Counted from the stretch's first letter, positions 40,822-51,470 are shown. The stretch: 64,000 bases of DNA from Kiritimatiellia bacterium (GCA_017450695.1 JAFSTA010000254.1:272-64271); one strand, 5' to 3'. The notes: a model not told the origin generated them from the letters alone. Translations and numbers: made by a program.

Positions 40822-43800
40822 TCACCAGACGGCGGGGGCGGGACAATTTGTCAGCAGACGGATTGACATCGCACGCTGCTCGTCATACTCCAGCTGCCAC
40901 TTGAAGAATGCCGAGTCTTTCCATTCGCGGAGGTGCGGGATACCGTCCGCGAACGGATAGTTGTCGATCAGGATGCGGCAGGCATGGTTCGAGTCCCACG
41001 AGTTTTCATCGAATGTGTACTGCCGCGCGGTAATCCATTCCGGATCGGTCAGCTTGTGCTTCCCCTTGATCTTGAAGGTCGGGCGATCCAGATCGATATT
41101 CCCGCGAAGGGTCGTGACATTCTGCGGTTCACCGTTGTTGCAGGCGAGCGACATCCAGGCGGTGAGGAAGATGTTTGTGCCGCCCATCGCGCGCTCGACC
41201 TTTCCGGTGAATCCGCCGTCGAACACGTAGCGGTTGGTCGGATCGCAGTTCAGCCAGTACAGCTCCATGAAGGAGAGCGGACGGTTCTCCGGTACGCACC
41301 AACTGTCATACCGGATCTGGTTGTCCGGGAAGCTCATCAACCAAGAGAGTGCGGTCGGCGGCAGGCCGTAGGTGTTCAACGTCGGGTCTCGCGAGATATA
41401 CGCTGTGATATCGGTCGTTTCCTGCACATTGGTGATGACCAGCGTGAAATTGGTCGTAGAGTTCTGCGTAAAGTATGCGCTGTTCAACAGGTTCTCGCTC
41501 GTACTGGAATCCGGATGGACGGCAACCAGCGAGGTGATACGATACCAGTTGCGCGTATCGTACACGACATTGGTCGCGCCGGTCCCCTTGGGCAGTTTGA
41601 AGGAGAGTTTCCTCGTCGTGCCGTTCTGAAGCCCGTAATCGGACGGCGTGATGACGGCAGTGACAACCACATTGGAGAGCCCGGCGTAGATCTCGGGGAC
41701 CTGCGGCAGAATCTGCATGAGGTTCGGCGCACCGGGGGTCCAGACCTTGGTCCCGACGGGGAACGACCTCTGTTTCTCGATATAGCCGGACTCGTTCCCC
41801 TCCAGCAACAGGGTACACCAGTCACGGGTAGTGGAATCCACGCAGTTGGTTACGCTGAGCGAGGCGTTCGGGATATCCGCACCTACGTACACGAGCTTGC
41901 CTTCGGGATCCAGCGCGGCAAAATCGGCACCGTCCAAGTCCGAATACGCATACGCTATGGTATCCTCATACATCCCCAACGGGCGCTTGATGCGGATACC
42001 GCCGTAATCGCCGTTTAGGTACGTTAGAAATCCCGCGATATACATATCCACGTTCGTCAACGAAGGAGTGTATTCTTGCTCTTGGCTAGCGACTAAGAAG
42101 AAGGCATAACCATTGGTGACCTCAGCCTTTCCTTCCATCGCAATATCCAGAGCTTTCGTTATAGAATTGTCACTCTCAATGTTGATACTCCAATTCCGCA
42201 GATCCATGTCTGCCGGAATCGCCAGCTCGACGTACGGGTTGAGACACTCCTTTGCGTTACCGGAGGAGTTTCTGTTCTCATAGGAGTTGATCTCGTTCAC
42301 GAAAACCGTACCCAACGGAATACGGTACACGATGAAGTAGGGCGACCAACCGTCGTACCTCTCGTTCAGGTCGATCGGATAGTACCATTCCGGATTCTTG
42401 AAGGAGTCCCTCTTCTGCACCTGGAAGTAGGAATTGACATTCTGCGCGTCAGAGTAAAGCGCCCAGACGCAGAACTGGACAACCGCATTCTCCTCCTGGA
42501 ACGGGATATCGTCCTCGATCGACGTACGGAAAAGCTGCGGATCATTCTCATCGGGATACATCTGCAGGGTAGTCCCCTGGTGGGGCCGCCAGTTGTTTCG
42601 ATTCGGTTCACCCCAAAGATTCGCGATACCCCACGTGTTCGTTCCCACGTGGTAGCTAACGAAAACATGGATGTTCGAGGGGGACATCCGGAGGTTTGTC
42701 AGGCGTGCCTCAATGCCGATCAGGTCCGAGACAAGCGGCTGTTCGCACACCTCATACTCACCTTTGTTGTTGTGGCGCAAGAGCTTCACGTCATTGATGT
42801 CAAACCCCGGATAGATCGGCTCGCAAACCGCCACATTCTCCAGGCAGACGCGCGGTTTGTCACCGGCCTTGCTCATCTGGAAGCGGATGGCCTTGTACTT
42901 CTCGCCATCGAAGTCTTCCAATTCGGAGGAAGTCTTGGAATACACCGTGTAGTACTGGGAATTCACATTCGTAATCGTCAGGGATTCGAGATAGACCCAG
43001 TTTGTCGTATCCGTATTCCAATCCTCATCCGTCATGCCATAGACGTCAATCGATGTATCCGCGTCGGTCGCGTTGTACTTGCGGGCCTCCAGCCGAACCT
43101 CGCCGACGCCGTTCATCAGCAACGGCGTCTTCAAGTACGGGTCAAAGACATCCATCGGTGAGATGTCCGCATTGACATCCTTCGTCGTCGAATTGTTGAG
43201 AAAGAGCATCTTGCTCTCGTCGAGAGCGATACGGGCGCGGTCTGTGTCCGTAGCCAATCCGTTATAGGTCTTCCACGAGGTGTTCGAGGGCTGCGGATAA
43301 TCCCAAGCCACCATGTTGTCGAACCGAACAATTCCTTTGGCGTTCCCGTACTGCTCGTTTACGATGCGGAAGTAGCCGCCATTCGTATTGCCAAGATAGG
43401 CGGTGACGTGCTTCCACCCGGTCGCGCTGGTTTCCGTCCAACTGGTCACGTCATGCCATGTCGAACCGTATAGCGACTTCTCCTGCACAGTCAGGTGGGT
43501 CGGGGCGGAAGAGACCTTGTAATCGAACGAAAGCTGCCCGTGACCGTTCTCCAGCGCGGGAGTCTGGATATACTGCTCCGAGGAACTCTTCGATCGAGAG
43601 GTATCCAGTTCCACGACCGTACCACGTGTGCCACTTTCAGTCGTCACCCAGCCTTCATACATCGACCACTCGTCATTACCGCCCGTCTGCGTCTTACCAT
43701 GCCAACTGCGGGAGACAATCTCATCGATCGCGATGTCCGCAGAACCGCCGTTCTGGAGTTTCACATGGTAGGACGTCGCCGTTTCGGGCGCGTATGTGAA

Positions 43801-46800
43801 CGACTGGTACGAATAACTGTTCACCGTAAACGTTTGCGCCAACTCCCACCCGTGATCCGCAGGGTCAGTCCTGTACTCATAATTGTTGACCGGCTGCACA
43901 TAGAGGTAAAGGGACTGCGAAGGAAGCAGGGAAGTAATCGTACCGTTGGCAATGTTGTACCGGGAGGACGGCCAGCGCCAGTTGTAGTTCGCGCTGGCGG
44001 AATCGGCAATCAAACTCGTGTAAGATCCAATAACCGGACCTCCAGTAACTGGACCTTGGCTCCATGAACTGATACGGGCAACGCGAAGCTGACTGAAACT
44101 CCCCGTACAATTCGAGATCAACACTCCCGCGTTGCCACAGGTCAATTTTTGGCTAGTCGCGTCCTCTATAGAAAGCGAATCTGTACCGAACGCTCCCCGA
44201 ATGTACACGCTTCCGGTATTATTGTTGTTGTCTCGACTCGTAGTAAACAGGTTCAGTACCAACGATCGACTAGAAACAAGATCCTTCAACGTCCCGCTCA
44301 ATACACCGCTCTCCGCGAGCTTAGTCGGTGTCCCGTTATTCCAGCGATACAAAGCAAACAGGCATTGCTTTGTTGTCAGAGCTGCGGTGGCTGATGCAGG
44401 ACGTTTTTGCGTCACGCGAAGCTCATAGAAGGAGTTGTCGCTCGTGATGTATCCGACCAGCGAGACGGAAAACTCTTCAGGCGCCATTTGCGTAATATTT
44501 ATTTTGGCGGTAAAACTATAGCTTTCCGGAACCGTTCCACTCGTGGTCGGCATAGACGAACCGATATACTGCACCATCTGCTCCGGGGTGAGCGGCGTGT
44601 TGACGCGCGCCTTGAATGAGATGGACTTCAACCCGTCCATGAGCGAGTCTTTGGCAGTCGTGAGATACCCGAAACTGGTGATCCCGTTGGTATTCATCGA
44701 GGAGGTCAGCATATCCCCGCCGATCAGCCGCACCGCAACGTTCCCGAAACTGTCACGCGACGATGTGCTGGCAGTCCAGTATGGGTTGTTGGCTTCATCC
44801 GCCCGTTCCAGTTCCGATGCGTAAGCCGCGTTGTACGCCTTGATGAGATCTTCCGTCTCGAATTCCAACCGATACGTGTTCGGCATCACGGCAGGGAAAC
44901 GGAAATAGGCGTTGTGCAGATCGTCCTCGCTCTTGTTCCAGCTGTCGAAGTTTTCTTTAAACGCAATCGCATCCGGCTGCGCGTAGGTCGTGGCGAAGAA
45001 GTTCGTGTACGACTGCCAATCGTTGAAGTTCTGGTACTCGGCACGGCAGACCTTGTATTCCATCAAGTTCAGATCCAGCGTGACCGACGCATACGCACTC
45101 CCCGTCACGTTAAATTTCATCCGATGCTCGTGATCCGTCTCCTGACAGGAACCACCGGTTGGCGCAAAGGCCGTGACACTGGTTGACTGTGCCAGTTCCG
45201 CCCAGCACCGATAGGTCGTGTCCAGCCGGTGATCCAAGAAACCGTCCGCATTCGTTACGGCGACATAGGTGTTGGTCGTGAACATCCAACACTCGAACGT
45301 ACCGTCATCCAACGTTCGCAGCGGAAGGTATGCACGCCAGATATTGTCGCCTATCAGCTCCATGTGGAACGACTCGTCCTGAATGGTCGTGCCGATCTGC
45401 ATATCCCCGATGTCCGAGGCGTAACGCCGCAACCGCACGAAGAACTCACGTTCCCCGCCCTGCTCCGTGTTCCGCAAAATCCGAGGAGAGAGCGATTCGG
45501 AATGCTCGCTCGAATTCGGCCAGTAGGTATAACCGAGTCCCGTATAATCGACCGGAATGAAGCGGAAACCGTCGAAGTTGCAGACGAAATAGTACTCCAA
45601 ATCGCCCACCCGCTCCTGTGCGGGAATCGCCCCCGTGTACAGCTCTCCGTTCCCCGCACCGTCATCTCCTTCCGCGCCCGGCACATATTCCATCGTGCTA
45701 GCTGTCCACGCGCCAATCGACTGATCCAGATAGCGCCAGCGATAGACCACCTGCACGTTGCGATCTTCCCACGCAGTCGGCACGTTCGTATCGACATTGC
45801 TCACGCGGCAACGAATCGACAACCTTTGCCCCGGTGTTGGATACCCAGGATCGAACGACAGGGGTTCCTGCTCAATCTTTACGTCGGAGGGAGGAGACGA
45901 CACCTGAATGTTATCGATTGCCAGAAAGTAGGCATCTGGATAGGAAACTAGTCCGTTGGGAATTTCATTCGTTGTCACGACAGAGTTTCGGCGAATCCTG
46001 AATCGAATTGGATCATAAAAATTGAGCGTCTGCTGGAAGCGGACGAACCCCTCCGAATTTTGGATTGTATTCTCTTCTGCCGCTAGATTCGTAGAACAGA
46101 CTGCGACCCAGTTATTCGAGAAGATGTGCGCAATTTCTCCGTTCTCGTTCGAGACAACCAGCTCGTCGAAATCGGAAACAAAGTTGGTGTACACATTCCG
46201 CGTCACCCAGTCGAACATATTCGTGGCAATCTCCAGCGAGATTTCACCGGGTTGGTTCACATTGACCGCATCGAAATAAATTGTACCAATTCCATCGGGA
46301 TAGAACGGAGACTCGATGCGGGCGTCAAATGTGTTATTCAAGTTCGCCTGATAATTTGTTATACCAGACATATACTCCTGTGGCCCTATGTAATTTGAGT
46401 AGGGTCCGCGCATCCAAGTACTCGATCCTGTCTTACCTTCAATCACTTTCCAACTAGCAACATGTACATGGTTCGACCCATCCAGCAAATAACGGCGGTA
46501 GTAACTTGCGTTACGGCTGGAAGTAGAAACGTCATTTGGTGCCCCCCCCTCGTGTTCCCATTGTCCTCCAAGATAATCCCCATAATCCGTCCCATCCGTC
46601 CACTTATTGAACAGCATCAACCGGTTTGTATCCAGTTCCGAAGTGCTTTTCGGAATCGACCACTTCGAAACATCCTTGCTGTTCACGGCGGACTGCACGG
46701 TCAGGACGGGTTCACCGCCATCCGTCCAGTAGGTGACTCCCGTTTGCGTATAATCGGTGGGGAAATACCTGCCGCCCGTCACGGTGCATTCGTAGTAGTA

Positions 46801-47862
46801 ATCTACAGCAACGGTTTCCGTCGGGAACTCGATCACTCCCTCGTAGGTCTCGTTGTTTCCCAAACCGTCTCCCGTGCCGGGGCTGTACGACAGCAGTTTG
46901 GAAGAGTAGGCGGATGCCGTAGATGGCTTGTAATAAATCCGGACCGCACGCATCTCGTGCGTGGAATAGAGTAACGCAAGTGCGGAAGAGTCGAAATCGG
47001 CGTTCGAGACGCGGCAACCGACATTCGCTTGCGACAGCACCCCGGGCACCTTGGAGATTTCGCCTCCCTGTACCCGTACGCTATGGCGGGGATAAGAGAC
47101 ACAGATATTATCGACCGCAAGAAAGGCGACGTCCGTGTATGATTCCGTCACCGTTGCATCGACTGTCGCGCGGACAACGCGAAAACAGACCGGCTGGAAC
47201 AAGTCCAATGTTTTTTGGTATTGTACACCGCCTTCATAGACTCCCGGCGAAATATCCAACGTTACTGTGTCGATCGTGAACCAATTGTATGCCCACGTGG
47301 AAGACTCTTGCGCCAGCAGCGGTCCATACGTTCCACTAATCGTATTGTGGACCATATTTGTGGCAATCTGGATCGAGAGCGTACCGGAAGCGGTCGAGTT
47401 GTTCACCGCGTCAAAGTAGATCGTGCCAATGCCCTCGAAATAGACAGGCGATTCGATCCTTGCCCCAAGGGTATTGTGCAAGCTCGCCTGATAATTCGTA
47501 AAATTGCCCGACGAATAGGAATAAATCTGGGGTGCGATATAACTAACTGAATTTGTCGGTCGGAGAAATGAAGACGATCCCACGCTTCCCGAATACACCC
47601 GCCATCCTGACGTGTGAAAATGGTTAGACCCATCGAGCAAATAGCGACGGTAATAGGAATTTTGTCGGCTGGATGTGGAAACTCCGTTCGGCGCCCCGCC
47701 TTCGTGCGTCCATCCACCGTAGTAGTCGCCGTAATCCTGGCCGTCCGTCCAGCGGTTGAACAGCATCCGGCGCTCGATCGGCAGGGAAATAGCGGTATCC
47801 GCCTGTGCGGAGAACACTCCCGCCAAAGCGAAGAGGAGTAGGAAATAGCACTTTCTCTTCAT
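40822..47862 (-). CDS. Giant (2346 aa) secreted protein with an internally duplicated N-terminal ~390-aa module and a C-terminal lamin-tail-domain-like region. Function unknown
   Basis: Signal peptide MKRKCYFLLLFALAGVFSAQA. Module RMLFNRWTDG...YYRRYLLDGSNH recurs at about aa 30 and aa 410. LTD-like VFVNEINSY...NPYVELAIPADMDLRNWSI. Confidence 0.7.
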   Translation of the reverse strand: MKRKCYFLLLFALAGVFSAQADTAISLPIERRMLFNRWTDGQDYGDYYGGWTHEGGAPNGVSTSSRQNSYYRRYLLDGSNHFHTSGWRVYSGSVGSSSFLRPTNSVSYIAPQIYSYSSGNFTNYQASLHNTLGARIESPVYFEGIGTIYFDAVNNSTASGTLSIQIATNMVHNTISGTYGPLLAQESSTWAYNWFTIDTVTLDISPGVYEGGVQYQKTLDLFQPVCFRVVRATVDATVTESYTDVAFLAVDNICVSYPRHSVRVQGGEISKVPGVLSQANVGCRVSNADFDSSALALLYSTHEMRAVRIYYKPSTASAYSSKLLSYSPGTGDGLGNNETYEGVIEFPTETVAVDYYYECTVTGGRYFPTDYTQTGVTYWTDGGEPVLTVQSAVNSKDVSKWSIPKSTSELDTNRLMLFNKWTDGTDYGDYLGGQWEHEGGAPNDVSTSSRNASYYRRYLLDGSNHVHVASWKVIEGKTGSSTWMRGPYSNYIGPQEYMSGITNYQANLNNTFDARIESPFYPDGIGTIYFDAVNVNQPGEISLEIATNMFDWVTRNVYTNFVSDFDELVVSNENGEIAHIFSNNWVAVCSTNLAAEENTIQNSEGFVRFQQTLNFYDPIRFRIRRNSVVTTNEIPNGLVSYPDAYFLAIDNIQVSSPPSDVKIEQEPLSFDPGYPTPGQRLSIRCRVSNVDTNVPTAWEDRNVQVVYRWRYLDQSIGAWTASTMEYVPGAEGDDGAGNGELYTGAIPAQERVGDLEYYFVCNFDGFRFIPVDYTGLGYTYWPNSSEHSESLSPRILRNTEQGGEREFFVRLRRYASDIGDMQIGTTIQDESFHMELIGDNIWRAYLPLRTLDDGTFECWMFTTNTYVAVTNADGFLDHRLDTTYRCWAELAQSTSVTAFAPTGGSCQETDHEHRMKFNVTGSAYASVTLDLNLMEYKVCRAEYQNFNDWQSYTNFFATTYAQPDAIAFKENFDSWNKSEDDLHNAYFRFPAVMPNTYRLEFETEDLIKAYNAAYASELERADEANNPYWTASTSSRDSFGNVAVRLIGGDMLTSSMNTNGITSFGYLTTAKDSLMDGLKSISFKARVNTPLTPEQMVQYIGSSMPTTSGTVPESYSFTAKINITQMAPEEFSVSLVGYITSDNSFYELRVTQKRPASATAALTTKQCLFALYRWNNGTPTKLAESGVLSGTLKDLVSSRSLVLNLFTTSRDNNNNTGSVYIRGAFGTDSLSIEDATSQKLTCGNAGVLISNCTGSFSQLRVARISSWSQGPVTGGPVIGSYTSLIADSASANYNWRWPSSRYNIANGTITSLLPSQSLYLYVQPVNNYEYRTDPADHGWELAQTFTVNSYSYQSFTYAPETATSYHVKLQNGGSADIAIDEIVSRSWHGKTQTGGNDEWSMYEGWVTTESGTRGTVVELDTSRSKSSSEQYIQTPALENGHGQLSFDYKVSSAPTHLTVQEKSLYGSTWHDVTSWTETSATGWKHVTAYLGNTNGGYFRIVNEQYGNAKGIVRFDNMVAWDYPQPSNTSWKTYNGLATDTDRARIALDESKMLFLNNSTTKDVNADISPMDVFDPYLKTPLLMNGVGEVRLEARKYNATDADTSIDVYGMTDEDWNTDTTNWVYLESLTITNVNSQYYTVYSKTSSELEDFDGEKYKAIRFQMSKAGDKPRVCLENVAVCEPIYPGFDINDVKLLRHNNKGEYEVCEQPLVSDLIGIEARLTNLRMSPSNIHVFVSYHVGTNTWGIANLWGEPNRNNWRPHQGTTLQMYPDENDPQLFRTSIEDDIPFQEENAVVQFCVWALYSDAQNVNSYFQVQKRDSFKNPEWYYPIDLNERYDGWSPYFIVYRIPLGTVFVNEINSYENRNSSGNAKECLNPYVELAIPADMDLRNWSINIESDNSITKALDIAMEGKAEVTNGYAFFLVASQEQEYTPSLTNVDMYIAGFLTYLNGDYGGIRIKRPLGMYEDTIAYAYSDLDGADFAALDPEGKLVYVGADIPNASLSVTNCVDSTTRDWCTLLLEGNESGYIEKQRSFPVGTKVWTPGAPNLMQILPQVPEIYAGLSNVVVTAVITPSDYGLQNGTTRKLSFKLPKGTGATNVVYDTRNWYRITSLVAVHPDSSTSENLLNSAYFTQNSTTNFTLVITNVQETTDITAYISRDPTLNTYGLPPTALSWLMSFPDNQIRYDSWCVPENRPLSFMELYWLNCDPTNRYVFDGGFTGKVERAMGGTNIFLTAWMSLACNNGEPQNVTTLRGNIDLDRPTFKIKGKHKLTDPEWITARQYTFDENSWDSNHACRILIDNYPFADGIPHLREWKDSAFFKWQLEYDEQRAMSIRLLTNCPAPAVW

Positions 47863-47887
47863 GGTTCACTCCTTTCTATCAACGTCA

Positions 47888-48820
47888 TCACCGCATCCGC
47901 TTCTGGAGCCGTTGCTCAATCTCCACCCCGTTGCAGAAAGCCCGCGTGATGTCCTGCAAATCCTTTTCGGTCGCCGTCGTCGGCTCGACAACCGCATCCA
48001 CGTGACCGTCCGCGAACGCGACATGCCCCGAATTCCGGCGGCCGGAAGTGTGGTTGAACCCGATGAACTCTTCCGAACTGCTGGACGTCGAGTACTGGCT
48101 ATCGACAATCTTCGTCTGCAACACGCCGTCCAACGCGCTCTCGGAGGTCTTGACATCGGTCTCGCGGGTACCCGGCTTGTAACAAGGTATTTCCGCGAAT
48201 AACAGCAACTTGCTGGCATCGCCATGCCGGGACAAGGCGGTGAGGGAAACCCGTCTCTCCGAATTCGGCTTGTTGTTCCCAGACCGCGCCCATCCGAAAT
48301 ACGGGTTCATCACGTACGACCGCAACGCCGTTTTCCCATGCGCCTTGCAAATCTTTTTGTGCGCGTCACACCCGTACACCTTGATATCGCCGCCGACCAG
48401 ATTATACAATACACCGTTGGAGATCGACTGGAACGCCGGATCATGCACCGACATTTTCTGCCCCTCCGCAAAACAATTCGCGGTCTTGGCGCCAGCCCCA
48501 GGAGAAACCTGGTCACCCTTAGAACGCCCTGTCCAACCGACCCATGCCCCCTGTTCCCGGTACATCACTTTACGCTTGAGGTCTGGCACGGCATAGTCGT
48601 AAGAACCCGCACAAGGCAGATAATGGTACTTCCCCGCGCTCGCGTAGTTCAACGCAGCCTGGGCGAGATTGCGCAAATTGTTCTTGCAGCGCGCTCCACG
48701 CGCTGCCTCCGCCGCATTACTGATGGGCGTAATCAAGGCAACCATCAGACCGCCAATTATCGCAATGACGATCATCAACTCAACCAACGTAAAAGCTCGA
48801 TTGTTCAAAATCCGGTTCAT
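47888..48820 (-). CDS. DUF1559 / prepilin-type N-terminal cleavage-methylation domain protein (type II secretion pseudopilin-like)
   Basis: N-terminal FTLVELMIVIAIIG methylation motif. C-terminal GHVAFADGHV, the H-X9-DG-like signature of a family expanded in Planctomycetota, Lentisphaerota and Verrucomicrobiota. Confidence 0.8.
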   Translation of the reverse strand: MNRILNNRAFTLVELMIVIAIIGGLMVALITPISNAAEAARGARCKNNLRNLAQAALNYASAGKYHYLPCAGSYDYAVPDLKRKVMYREQGAWVGWTGRSKGDQVSPGAGAKTANCFAEGQKMSVHDPAFQSISNGVLYNLVGGDIKVYGCDAHKKICKAHGKTALRSYVMNPYFGWARSGNNKPNSERRVSLTALSRHGDASKLLLFAEIPCYKPGTRETDVKTSESALDGVLQTKIVDSQYSTSSSSEEFIGFNHTSGRRNSGHVAFADGHVDAVVEPTTATEKDLQDITRAFCNGVEIEQRLQKRMR

Positions 48821-49040
48821 GGCACTCCTAATCCAGCGTTCTTTTTCCCTATTTTCCGCTTTTCTCCAGCATTTGGCAAGCCGAAAGTTCGATTATTTGT
48901 GAGTCCCTTCCAAATTCTCGTTCCCGAGTCCTGAATGGTGGCAATCTACCCAACCGCTAATGATCCCCCCCCCGTGCCACTTTTTCGCCTCTCGAAGCCG
49001 CTGAAGATGCAATCCTATTGCCTACTTGCCTATAGATTAA

Positions 49041-49170
49041 CCGGGTAAGCGTGTTCTGCATTGCGCACGCGACGAAGCGCGTCCCAATTCGGGCAACAAG
49101 GACGTCGCCCTCCCGTTCTCTGCGTGAGGGAAAAGACACGCGACACGCGCCCGTCGCTTGTCGCGTGTCC
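49041..49170. repeat. Repeat family C, copy 2 (CCGGGTAAGCGTG module + GGGCAACAAGGACGTCGCCC hairpin + CCCTCCCGTTCTCTGCGTGAGG + GACACGCGACACGCG...TGTCGCGTGTC hairpin)
   Basis: Aligns to 522-640 with module order rearranged. Confidence 0.75.
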
Positions 49171-49449
49171 CTTCTTCTCAGCCTTTCAGTCTCTCAGCTG
49201 GCGCGAAGCGCCTTACCCACTAACCGATAGGCAAGGCAGGGATTTGGAAACAACGGAAACAACATCCAGAACAACTTGAATCGGGACGGCCCGCAACCGC
49301 GAGCCGGATGAAAACCGTCGCGCGTTGTCGATCCGTTGTTTCAGTTGTTGCCCTTCCTCCTCTCGGATGTTCTCCGCGATCAGCGAATGATTCGGGGAAG
49401 CGGTACTCCTGCCGCTTCATTCTGTTCCGTTTCCATGCAACAGCGACCC

Positions 49450-49550
49450 GAGTGTCGCACCCACGATTTGGCGGTATGTTCCACCAACTCGACCTCTGTG
49501 CCCTCAAGGCTGCGGAGTGTCGCACCCCCGATTTGGCGGTATGTTCCACC
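49450..49550 (+). repeat. Two 36-bp direct repeats (GAGTGTCGCACCCMCGATTTGGCGGTATGTTCCACC) separated by a 29-bp unique spacer
   Basis: 35 of 36 positions identical. Period 65 bp. Only two units, and no cas genes nearby. Confidence 0.7.
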
Positions 49551-49690
49551 CTTTGCGGACTTCGCGTACTTTGCGTGAGGTAATCCTGACGCCTTCCTTT
49601 CGTTTCTCAGCCTCCCAGCTTTTCAGCTGGCGCGAAGCGCCCCGCCCTGTGAGCGCGGGCGGCGGGCTGACTACCGACTGTTGCCTTCCG

Positions 49691-50548
49691 TCACTTTCGT
49701 GACAGCGGAACGGCGGATTTTCCACTGGCACACGAACGCACCTTGTCCATTTCCCGCTCATACGCGATGAGCAGGTCGCGTTCGTGTACGATGCGTTCAC
49801 AGAACACCGCGTATGGCATCAGCGGCTCGCCGACGCCGTTCTGCGACTGGGATGTGACCGCATCCCGAAATCTCCCGAAAGTTCCGTCCACGAACCATTC
49901 CGAGAGAATATCCGTCATCTTGCGGTCGCCAATCTTCCGCCGCAGGGTACTGCGGATTTCAGAGCTGCAGGTGAAGTCCGTGGACGCCTTGACAAACGCC
50001 AGCATGATGTCGCGCAGTTCGCCGAAATGCTCATAGTCGAACGCGGTTACGGCACGGCGGAAACAGTCCATGAGACGCGTTTCGTTGTCAAAGAACTCCT
50101 CCACCAGCATCCGGGAGTAGAAACAGCCAATCAAATCAGACGGCTTGAACAGGTTCGGCAGGGCACCGACCGGCACGTCTCGCCCTTGAAGATGCTCCAC
50201 TCCGGCCCGCTGCGCGAAATCGAGTCCCTTGCGCGCGGCCGCGAATTCCGCCTTGTCCGCAAATGTCATCTCAAAGTACAGTTTCGCAAAACGCGAGATG
50301 TAGTAGTGCGCAAGGTCATCGTTCCGCAGAATCTTCGCCGCTTCCTCGCGGGTCGAACGCTTGAGCGTGAGCAATTCGATCAGAACGGCGAGGGCACAGG
50401 CTGCGAACAGGTTCACCGCGATGTCGCATCCGAGAGCCATTCGCGCCGACACCCCGCCACCCAGCCAGAGGTACCAGACGACCGCAAGTCCGCTGATGAA
50501 CAGAACGGCCAGTTCGACAGCCAATGAAATCCTGAACCACTTCATCAT
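49691..50548 (-). CDS. Membrane-anchored hypothetical protein (2 N-terminal TM helices, ~200-aa cytoplasmic helical domain)
   Basis: Start overlaps the stop of the upstream nitroreductase gene by 4 nt, suggesting an operon. No recognisable catalytic motif. Confidence 0.5.
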   Translation of the reverse strand: MMKWFRISLAVELAVLFISGLAVVWYLWLGGGVSARMALGCDIAVNLFAACALAVLIELLTLKRSTREEAAKILRNDDLAHYYISRFAKLYFEMTFADKAEFAAARKGLDFAQRAGVEHLQGRDVPVGALPNLFKPSDLIGCFYSRMLVEEFFDNETRLMDCFRRAVTAFDYEHFGELRDIMLAFVKASTDFTCSSEIRSTLRRKIGDRKMTDILSEWFVDGTFGRFRDAVTSQSQNGVGEPLMPYAVFCERIVHERDLLIAYEREMDKVRSCASGKSAVPLSRK

Positions 50549-51114
50549 AGTACTTGTACGCGCCGGGCAATGTCCTCGCCAGCCTTTGCGGCGGGTGGCT
50601 CCACGATGCCGCCGAACGGCATCTGTGCCACAAGGATGTAGTTTTCAGGCAGCCCGAAGAGTGTGCGCACGGCCTTATCAATGATCGGGTTGTAATGCTG
50701 GATGTTCGCGCCGACACCAAGTTCGGCGAGCCCCGCCCATACCGCCAGCTGCAGCATACCGTTCGCCTGCTGTGCCCAGATCGGGAAGTTCGCGGCGTAG
50801 GGAACAAAACGTTCCTGGAGCGCCTTTACGACATCCGAGTCGTAAAAGTAGAGCACGGTGCCGTACCCCGCCTTGAAGCCATCGATCTTCTCGCGTGCGA
50901 CCTTTCCGCCGAACGCATCGTAGATCGTGTCCCACAACTTGTCGTGCTCCTCACCCAGCGCAAGGACGATACGCTGGCTCTTCATGTCGAAAGCGTCCGG
51001 CACAAGCGCCGCCGCCTCCTTAACGAGCCGCACAATCTCCCCTGCGTCCACGGGCAGCGCCTTGCCGATCTTGTAAACCGATCGGCGCAGTCTCAATGCA
51101 TTTGTCAATGACAT
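50545..51114 (-). CDS. Nitroreductase family protein
   Basis: LRRSVYKIG... nitroreductase fold. 189 aa. Confidence 0.7.
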   Translation of the reverse strand: MSLTNALRLRRSVYKIGKALPVDAGEIVRLVKEAAALVPDAFDMKSQRIVLALGEEHDKLWDTIYDAFGGKVAREKIDGFKAGYGTVLYFYDSDVVKALQERFVPYAANFPIWAQQANGMLQLAVWAGLAELGVGANIQHYNPIIDKAVRTLFGLPENYILVAQMPFGGIVEPPAAKAGEDIARRVQVL

Positions 51115-51243
51115 GACTTCACCTCATTTCGCTCATTTCATGGGCATTATACCAAAATAACCAGCCAGATGCGAGTGCAAGATCAAGCCTTGCCTAGAAG
51201 TGGGTGGGCCGGGTAAGCGTGTTAAGCCGGGTAGGCGTGCCAA

Positions 51244-51470
51244 CCTCGTTTGGGTTTTCCCGCAGAGTCGCAAAATACGCAGAGAAAGTGCTTTCACCCG
51301 CACACACGTTACGACAGAAAACGGATTCACCCAAATGGTGAAAGCCTGTAAAATTCCAAAGCGCCATGATTCACCACGGAATACACGAAACTCACGAAAA
51401 CGACGTTCCAAGAAACGGATGATTTTCCGTGTAATCCGTGTGTTCCGTGGTTTTTCAAATTGTCCAACAG
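51244..51470 (-). repeat. Repeat family D, copy 2 (inverted, with ~80-bp CACGGA-rich hairpin insert), preceded by a CCGGGTAAGCGTG tandem module at 51218-51243
   Basis: Its reverse complement aligns with 12233-12398. Confidence 0.85.

Noticed and set aside
40822-48820. Operon call for giant protein plus DUF1559 as a defined secretion system
   Set aside because: DUF1559 genes are extremely abundant in this lineage, so adjacency alone is weak evidence. Kept as a low-confidence finding only.
49450-49550. CRISPR array call
   Set aside because: Only two repeat units and no cas genes in the window. Kept as a repeat finding, not annotated as CRISPR.
49722-49740. Sigma-54 promoter-like CTGGCACacgaacGCA
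   Set aside because: GG-GC spacing off by one nucleotide and no plus-strand gene downstream.
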